A DNA stretch of 61,230 bases, from IMG/VR virus record IMGVR_UViG_3300028025_002039, positions 1 to 61,230 of that record; one strand, given 5' to 3'. The position numbers were made by a program, and so were the translations under genes. Shown one piece after another: positions 56,108-61,230 of this stretch. The notes beneath the pieces are model-generated. The model was not told the DNA's origin. It searched no databases and saw only the letters and a program-made list of their open reading frames with translations. Position 1 is the stretch's first letter. The number at the start of each line of letters is the position of its first letter. Source of the stretch: a virus (Duplodnaviria > Caudoviricetes).

Positions 56108-56777
56108 TCCCTAGTAGAAAGAATACACCTAATGCAATTACACTTTAAACACTTTAAGTTGATATCAGCACCTAAGCCATATGGGTTTAGTTGGATATCC
56201 ACAAAGGAGATAAAGGGCTTTAAGTTCAATACGCCAAAACACCTATTCGGCTTTGGAATTTCCTTCCATACCCTTGAAAAATAGCACTTATACACATACT
56301 TATCCACAGGTTTATCCACAGATATAACTTACTGTTGATAACTGTTTTCATTAAGGATATGGATTTTAAATAAGATAGTGTGTAATGGAGCAAATCACTA
56401 ATAGGCTTCGTAATCATTTCCCCAAATCCCCATATCGTTATAAAATTGTTATGCCCCATAGCCCCTATATATCCCTATTAAAATACATTAAAATATGGGG
56501 AAAAATGTGGCTATTCGTAATCCTTTTTGAGAATAATTATCAATAATAATATAAAAACATATATAAAATCAGGGAAAAAATATACACGTTCGTAATACAT
56601 GTATAGTGTATATACTACTAGGGAGAATAAAGACTGTCTTCGTAATACCCCCAAAACTTCTGGCGATTTTTTTAGGTCCTTCGTAATACCTTTTTATGTT
56701 AGCGTATCCTGATAAGCATCTTGGGGAAAAATACATGCCTTCGTAATATCTGGGAAAAAATTTTTGGGGTTCGTAAT
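56101..56777 (+). repeat. Iteron-like array 1 (8 x TTCGTAAT, most preceded by a GGG(R)AAAA-like element)
   Basis: Copies at 56101, 56407, 56514, 56589, 56639, 56680, 56740 and 56770. Confidence 0.85.
56195..56341. promoter_or_regulatory. DnaA-box cluster
   Basis: TTATACACA at 56288, TTATCCACA at 56300 and 56312; one-mismatch boxes at 56195 and 56333 (inverted). Confidence 0.7.
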
Positions 56778-56903
56778 CCCTTATAATGACAAATAATTTT
56801 ATTACAAATTTTGCCCAAATCGCATATAAGATAAATAGTTTTATTGGACATATCCAGAAAATTGGGTATTGACAATGTCGGTGGTATACCTTATAATGGG
56901 GGT

Positions 56904-57134
56904 ATGACAAAACAATATGTAGAAAAATCAACAAAGGTATCAGACGTAGTAGCGTGGGAAGAGTTGTATAACTCTGATAAGGCTAGAGTTTACGAAGCGT
57001 CTAACTACCGTGACTATTACCGAGTAAAGACTAGTAAGACTACTAAGTATTTCAAAGGTGAGAGTGCATGGATGAACGTGCAGCGATATGTTGTAGACCA
57101 GGGTGACTTCGGAGGGTATGGTATCTTCCGATGA
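56904..57134 (+). CDS. Hypothetical early protein
   Basis: ATG 6 nt after TTGACA-N17-TATAAT. Confidence 0.6.
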   Translation: MTKQYVEKSTKVSDVVAWEELYNSDKARVYEASNYRDYYRVKTSKTTKYFKGESAWMNVQRYVVDQGDFGGYGIFR

Positions 57135-57346
57135 TAAATCCTAAAGCAATTGCAGATACATCCATTCCTATCCATGACCTAGTACATGGTGAGTTGAAGA
57201 CCCTTATGCTATACGCTGAAGAGCAGATAGAAGCGTCGGACACAGACCTTGCTAACTATTGGAATGGAAGACTAGACGGATATGCTGATGTATATAAACT
57301 AATATACGACCTAATATTTATCCGTGAAGACCTTGACAAGCAGTAG
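57131..57346 (+). CDS. Hypothetical protein
   Basis: Coupled ORF; YWNGRLD. Confidence 0.55.
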   Translation: MINPKAIADTSIPIHDLVHGELKTLMLYAEEQIEASDTDLANYWNGRLDGYADVYKLIYDLIFIREDLDKQ

Positions 57347-57392
57347 CCCATACTGTATAATAGATATATAACCCTTAGAGAAAGAGAACCCC

Positions 57393-57599
57393 ATGGCAAC
57401 ATTTGATGTAACCGTATCCTTTCACTTCGACACTGAGTATCAGGTAGAAGCAGATAGTTACGAAGAAGCAGAAGAAAAAGCAATGCGTGAAGCAGAAGAG
57501 TGGAAACCTTATTCATCTGAATTAGGATATACTCACGACTGGTATTCAGTAGACATTGAGAATGTACACACTAACGATGAGTTGGATGAAGATGAGTAA
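57393..57599 (+). CDS. Acidic VEADSxEEA-family protein
   Basis: Promoter at 57333; paralog of 59885..60076. Confidence 0.6.
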   Translation: MATFDVTVSFHFDTEYQVEADSYEEAEEKAMREAEEWKPYSSELGYTHDWYSVDIENVHTNDELDEDE

Positions 57600-57831
57600 G
57601 GACCTAACCACAGAAGAGTGGGATGCAGAAATCGACATCCTTTATTCCTATGTTGATAAGTTTGTTAATGATGATTCAGAAGACTTCTCTACCCAGATTA
57701 TTAATCTTGGCAACCTTGCACATATGAAGGGGTGGCACGACGCTATCGCCATGGTATTAGATGTCAGTGGTGGGATGTATAATGGATACGATAACCAAAC
57801 CCTAGAAGAATTGAGACAACGAATTGTGTAA
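57592..57831 (+). CDS. Hypothetical acidic protein
   Basis: Likely start MSKDL, overlapping the previous stop. Confidence 0.45.
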   Translation: MSKDLTTEEWDAEIDILYSYVDKFVNDDSEDFSTQIINLGNLAHMKGWHDAIAMVLDVSGGMYNGYDNQTLEELRQRIV

Positions 57832-58285
57832 TCATACTAAGATTGTTTGCCCTGAACATGACGGTGGCTTTGACTGTACCCCCTTTTGCAGACTATGCGA
57901 AGCAAATCAAGAGTTCTGCCCTTCGTGCGAACAGATGTCTAACGAACACTGGGAGAAGATTTATCTCCCTATGACTAATCATCTAACTAGTGAAGGTATC
58001 TCATACGAGACCTACGGTGATGAAGAAGACTATGTACGTCAGCAGGACGAGCGAAACGTCTGGACTGAAATGGATGGCGACAACGGTGTGTACATTGTAA
58101 ACGGTATGCATTATGTGAACCGCATTCAATACTACATCACTAACAAACCTTGGAATGAAGGTGACAACATCTGCATTACCGTATGCGAGTACATCGACTG
58201 CGATTGCTATGACGGTGATGTGGACCCTAAGAACAACTGCCCTGAGTGTGGCGGTACTGGCACAAAGACAGTGTGGGCAGACTAA
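57824..58285 (+). CDS. Cys-rich hypothetical protein
   Basis: Several CxxC motifs including CPECGGTG; VWT...G.HYVNRI.Y motif. Confidence 0.55.
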   Translation: MCNHTKIVCPEHDGGFDCTPFCRLCEANQEFCPSCEQMSNEHWEKIYLPMTNHLTSEGISYETYGDEEDYVRQQDERNVWTEMDGDNGVYIVNGMHYVNRIQYYITNKPWNEGDNICITVCEYIDCDCYDGDVDPKNNCPECGGTGTKTVWAD

Positions 58286-58665
58286 TGGTAAGAGAATGGA
58301 ATGAGAACATGCAAAAAGATTGGGACCTAAACATATTCTTCAGAGAGCATTACTCTGACGAAGACGGTACTACATGGGAGAACGTTATAACTATTAATCC
58401 TGTAGTTTATACATGGGACGGTGACCGCTCTGATAACTGGTACACTGACATCCTATTTACCACGACGTTTGCAGAGGCACGGTATCTGAGGAGCCAGTAT
58501 CCAGAAGAAGAGTACGGTACAGACTGGACAGATAGCCTACAGGGCTTCCTAGAGATTGCTCCGCCTAGGTTAAAGTCTTTGCTTGGGACCCTGCCTGGTG
58601 CGGATGAGACTGATGAGATTATTAAACTTGGTGGGTTGAGAGCACTCCCTGCCAATGACGGATAG
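58285..58665 (+). CDS. Hypothetical protein
   Basis: TAATG coupling. Confidence 0.5.
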   Translation: MVREWNENMQKDWDLNIFFREHYSDEDGTTWENVITINPVVYTWDGDRSDNWYTDILFTTTFAEARYLRSQYPEEEYGTDWTDSLQGFLEIAPPRLKSLLGTLPGADETDEIIKLGGLRALPANDG

Positions 58666-58693
58666 GTTAGGGGTTTCCGATTCCGTCAAACTG

Positions 58694-58731
58694 TGGGGGG
58701 TATGAGTAATTGCTACTTGTATCCCCCACCA
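58694..58731. terminator. Hairpin, possible terminator
   Basis: GTGGGGG...CCCCCAC stem. Confidence 0.5.
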
Positions 58732-58767
58732 CATTCTGGTATAATGATAATAAGAGAATAGAGTAGT

Positions 58768-58968
58768 ATGAGAAAGAGTAATGAAGAAAAATTTGCGACA
58801 TTAGTTAGTAATTTTGTTAGTGATTTGAGATTTGACTTAGAACTAGCAGGAAAGTATTTGGCTTGGTATTTACCAAATGTAACATACCGAAGAATACTAA
58901 CAATCTTAGAAGCAATGAAACACGAAAGAGAAGGTAAGAGCAATGAGTATCACGACACAAGAGAGTAA
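58768..58968 (+). CDS. Hypothetical protein
   Basis: TGGTATAAT promoter upstream. Confidence 0.5.
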   Translation: MRKSNEEKFATLVSNFVSDLRFDLELAGKYLAWYLPNVTYRRILTILEAMKHEREGKSNEYHDTRE

Positions 58969-59206
58969 GGCAGACATCCTGTCAGAACTATGGCTAGGCT
59001 ATAAGAACGACCAGAACTTTGAGGATTTCTTTTCCTACAATGATTTGGGTCTGCCTCTAGCCTATGCTATTTCGAACGGTATCGTAAAGGCAACAGAGCA
59101 GTCTAATAAATTCATAGATGAGACATTCTCCCTATTACTAGCATCACTAGAGATAGAAGACGAAGGCTATGATGGTCTTGATGATATCTTCCTAATGGCT
59201 GGCTAG
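58943..59206 (+). CDS. Hypothetical acidic protein
   Basis: YNDLGLPLAY motif. Confidence 0.55.
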   Translation: MSITTQESKADILSELWLGYKNDQNFEDFFSYNDLGLPLAYAISNGIVKATEQSNKFIDETFSLLLASLEIEDEGYDGLDDIFLMAG

Positions 59207-59333
59207 ATTCAGGAAAAAATAAACAGTCTTCGTAATTAGTATCTGATACCTAGATAACCTGGGAAACATGTGTTCCTTCGTAATCGGTATCGGATATCTA
59301 ATTATCTGGGGAAAAATATACAGGGTTCGTAAT
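59207..59333 (+). repeat. Iteron-like array 2 (3 x GG(G)AAA...TTCGTAAT, 48-49 bp period)
   Basis: TTCGTAAT at 59229, 59277 and 59326. Confidence 0.85.
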
Positions 59334-59884
59334 TAGTTTATTATGCTTGTTTACCTTACATAACATTTTTTGCCCAAAAAATTGAAGCCCCTACTCCTGA
59401 AAGAAGTAAGGGTCAACAATTCGTAGACGGAGCAGATTTAGAATAGTCGTTGTAGGAAGGCTGTCCACGTTTGGAATTTCCATGAATGAGTCAATGAGTT
59501 CCAGAACCTTTTCCGTATCACTCTTCATCGTCCACAGGGGCAAGCATTCGCTGCATTGCCCTAAACTCTTCATACGTTAGTTTATTAACAATCTGCCAGA
59601 TACGCTCGGCACTTGCTTTACGCTCTTCAAACATTTCTTCGATGTTCACTTTGTCTCCTTTATTGGTTTACGAATATAATAAGCACCACAGTTAATACAA
59701 TAATCACAAATGAAAGTGTGTTCACACGCTACCTTTCTAGGCATTGTATTTTTCAATGCTAATCATACTATCTAGCATCTCCATGCGGCTCAACAAAAGG
59801 TCGTGCGTCCAATCATTTAGTTTACCTTCAAATTTCTTGAAGTCTGCTTCTACTGCTTTGCGTTCAGCCAATAGGCTTTCCAAA

Positions 59885-60076
59885 TCACTCATCTTCGTCC
59901 TCGTCTTCTTCGTCTTCTTCCAACTCTTCTACATCAATGGAATAAACGCTGTCGTAGGTTAGGGCAGGGTCGTCGCCATAGTAAGAGTGCCAAGCCATTT
60001 CTTCTGCTTGCTCTTCGCTATCGGCTTCAATCTCTCCGTCATAACATACTTGAACCTGAACATAGTATCTAGGCAT
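59885..60076 (-). CDS. Acidic IEADSxExA-family protein
   Basis: Paralog of 57393..57599; poly-E/D tail. Confidence 0.6.
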   Translation of the reverse strand: MPRYYVQVQVCYDGEIEADSEEQAEEMAWHSYYGDDPALTYDSVYSIDVEELEEDEEDEDEDE

Positions 60077-60527
60077 TGCTTCCTGCTTTCTTGTTTGAGG
60101 TTTCCATTATACCTGCTACCACCGACATCTTGTCCTGTGGGTAGCCCTTGGCGTAGTATTGCCAAATGGTAAGGTTTGTTTCTAGGCGGTCGCCAAATAG
60201 ACGAACGTGGTCAGCAAGGTCAATAGTTTCATCACTGATTAGCGGAGCCAATTCTTCGGGGGTAATGTCAAGGTATCCACTCATACCATTCTTACCCCAA
60301 TAGTTTATAGGCAACTTGCCGTTCTTGTCAGCATACCAGCCAACACCTTCGTCAAGTAGAGTAGCAACGCCGTTCTCACCATTGACAATAGCCATACGCT
60401 CGGCAGAGAAATCTACATCAGGAGCGTCTAACTTTTCTTTTAGGAATGCGGTTGCTTTCTCAACATCTAGGATGTGGCAAATGGTTCCCTTGGTGCGTTG
60501 TGAATAGCGGTCTGGATAATCTGTCAT
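60069..60527 (-). CDS. Hypothetical protein
   Basis: AAGGAG RBS and TTTACA-N17-TATAAT promoter upstream. Confidence 0.6.
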   Translation of the reverse strand: MTDYPDRYSQRTKGTICHILDVEKATAFLKEKLDAPDVDFSAERMAIVNGENGVATLLDEGVGWYADKNGKLPINYWGKNGMSGYLDITPEELAPLISDETIDLADHVRLFGDRLETNLTIWQYYAKGYPQDKMSVVAGIMETSNKKAGSNA

Positions 60528-60612
60528 TTTGTCTCCTTGTTTTTGGGTTATACTCTATTATACACCTACCCCCCGACATTGTAAATAGGCAATATTTTTT
60601 TGGGCAAAAATT

Positions 60613-60687
60613 TGGCACTCCCAGAGAGAATCGAACTCTCGCCACCAGGATGAAAACCTGGCGTTCTAACCACTAAACTATGGGAGC
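60613..60687 (-). tRNA. tRNA-Glu(TTC), CCA encoded
   Basis: Reverse complement reads GCTCCCA...CCAGG-TT-TTC-AT-CCTGG...GTTCGATT...TGGGAGTGCCA. Confidence 0.9.
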
Positions 60688-60724
60688 AGGTGAGCAGTTT
60701 GAAATCATGCTCAGGATTAGCAGA

Positions 60725-61230
60725 CTAAGCCATTACGACTTGCTGAACCACTTTCATTAGGCGGTTCTTCTCTGCGTTCATCACAGGGTCAAAGCCAGAA
60801 GCCGAAGCGTAAATGCTTTCGTTGCTTCCACCACGAGCCGAGCGATACCAATCTAGGCGTTCGGTTAGAGCGTTGTAAGCACCCCACGCTGTTCCAGAAA
60901 TGGTGTCGTTGAACTGACCGACATAAATGGCGTTGAGCAGGTCAATCTTGCTGTCGTATTTCTTGAATGAACCCTTGCTGTCTTTTTCAGGGGCAGGGTA
61001 AGCAAGAGCAACAATCTTATCAAAGTCAGCCTTAGTGATTTCCTTTTCAATCATAGCGTTTGCCATAACAGAAAACTCGTCAAGATACTTAGAAGCCAAA
61101 CCTAACGCTTCACGAGCAACTGCGATTTTACCTTCGGCAGTTGAAGTGTGGCGGATTTTGAATGACTGCTTAGAAGCAGACTTACCCTTGAATGAAGATA
61201 GAGCAAGGTTGAGAGTGTTAGCACACACAA
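60725..61230 (-). CDS. DUF932-family protein (5'-truncated)
   Basis: VCANTL...IRHT...GTAWGAYNALTE..DW. Confidence 0.85.
   Translation of the reverse strand, partial: VCANTLNLALSSFKGKSASKQSFKIRHTSTAEGKIAVAREALGLASKYLDEFSVMANAMIEKEITKADFDKIVALAYPAPEKDSKGSFKKYDSKIDLLNAIYVGQFNDTISGTAWGAYNALTERLDWYRSARGGSNESIYASASGFDPVMNAEKNRLMKVVQQVVMA

Noticed and set aside
56050-56934. Minus-strand ORFs across the AT-rich region
   Set aside because: They are translations of repeat DNA (recurrent YYE from ATTACGAA); the region looks non-coding
56101-59333. TTCGTAAT arrays as a CRISPR array
   Set aside because: The conserved core is only 8 bp, units are degenerate and irregularly spaced, and there is no cas operon; the solo Cas4-like gene is 20 kb away in a recombination module
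1-61230. Alternative genetic code or stop-codon reassignment
   Set aside because: Genes are full length under code 11, TAA, TAG and TGA are all used as stops, and no suppressor tRNA is present
1-61230. Prophage or host chromosomal DNA
   Set aside because: No integrase, att site or host gene block; host-like genes (dnaE, recA, pduO, groES) are embedded among phage ORFs

Overview
This window is a 61 kb slice of a large, apparently lytic siphovirus-type phage (no integrase seen). It almost certainly infects an actinobacterium: it encodes WhiB, NrdH, DnaE and ThyX, and many genes look leaderless. The moderate GC content would fit a freshwater Actinobacteria host. Order on the + strand: end of protease/scaffold, major capsid, neck and tail genes, a 3274-aa tape measure protein (TMP), Dit and minor tail proteins; replication and recombination genes (DnaB, primase, SSB, DnaE, RecA, Cas4-like and RuvC-like nucleases); terminase; membrane, lysis and tRNA genes; an accessory region (ThyX, GroES, cytidylyltransferase, glycosyltransferases, UV-repair glycosylase, PduO); an AT-rich non-coding region with DnaA boxes and TTCGTAAT iterons; small early-type genes, which switch to the - strand at about 59.4 kb. 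Highlights: (1) the TMP holds a repeat-bounded cassette with a kinase-like and a HAD phosphatase domain, possibly injected effectors; (2) a possible vitamin B12 module (transcobalamin-like lipoprotein plus cob(I)alamin adenosyltransferase); (3) tail chaperones G and GT made by gene duplication rather than frameshift; (4) a DnaA-box/iteron origin; (5) a phage-specific ATGTCRGKGG-N7-TATAAT promoter class; (6) a pseudoknotted RNA among the tRNAs; (7) an AUU-initiated PA14 surface protein; (8) apparent avoidance of AGCT and GATC, reaching into tRNA D-arms. All protein family calls are from motif recognition by eye, not database searches.
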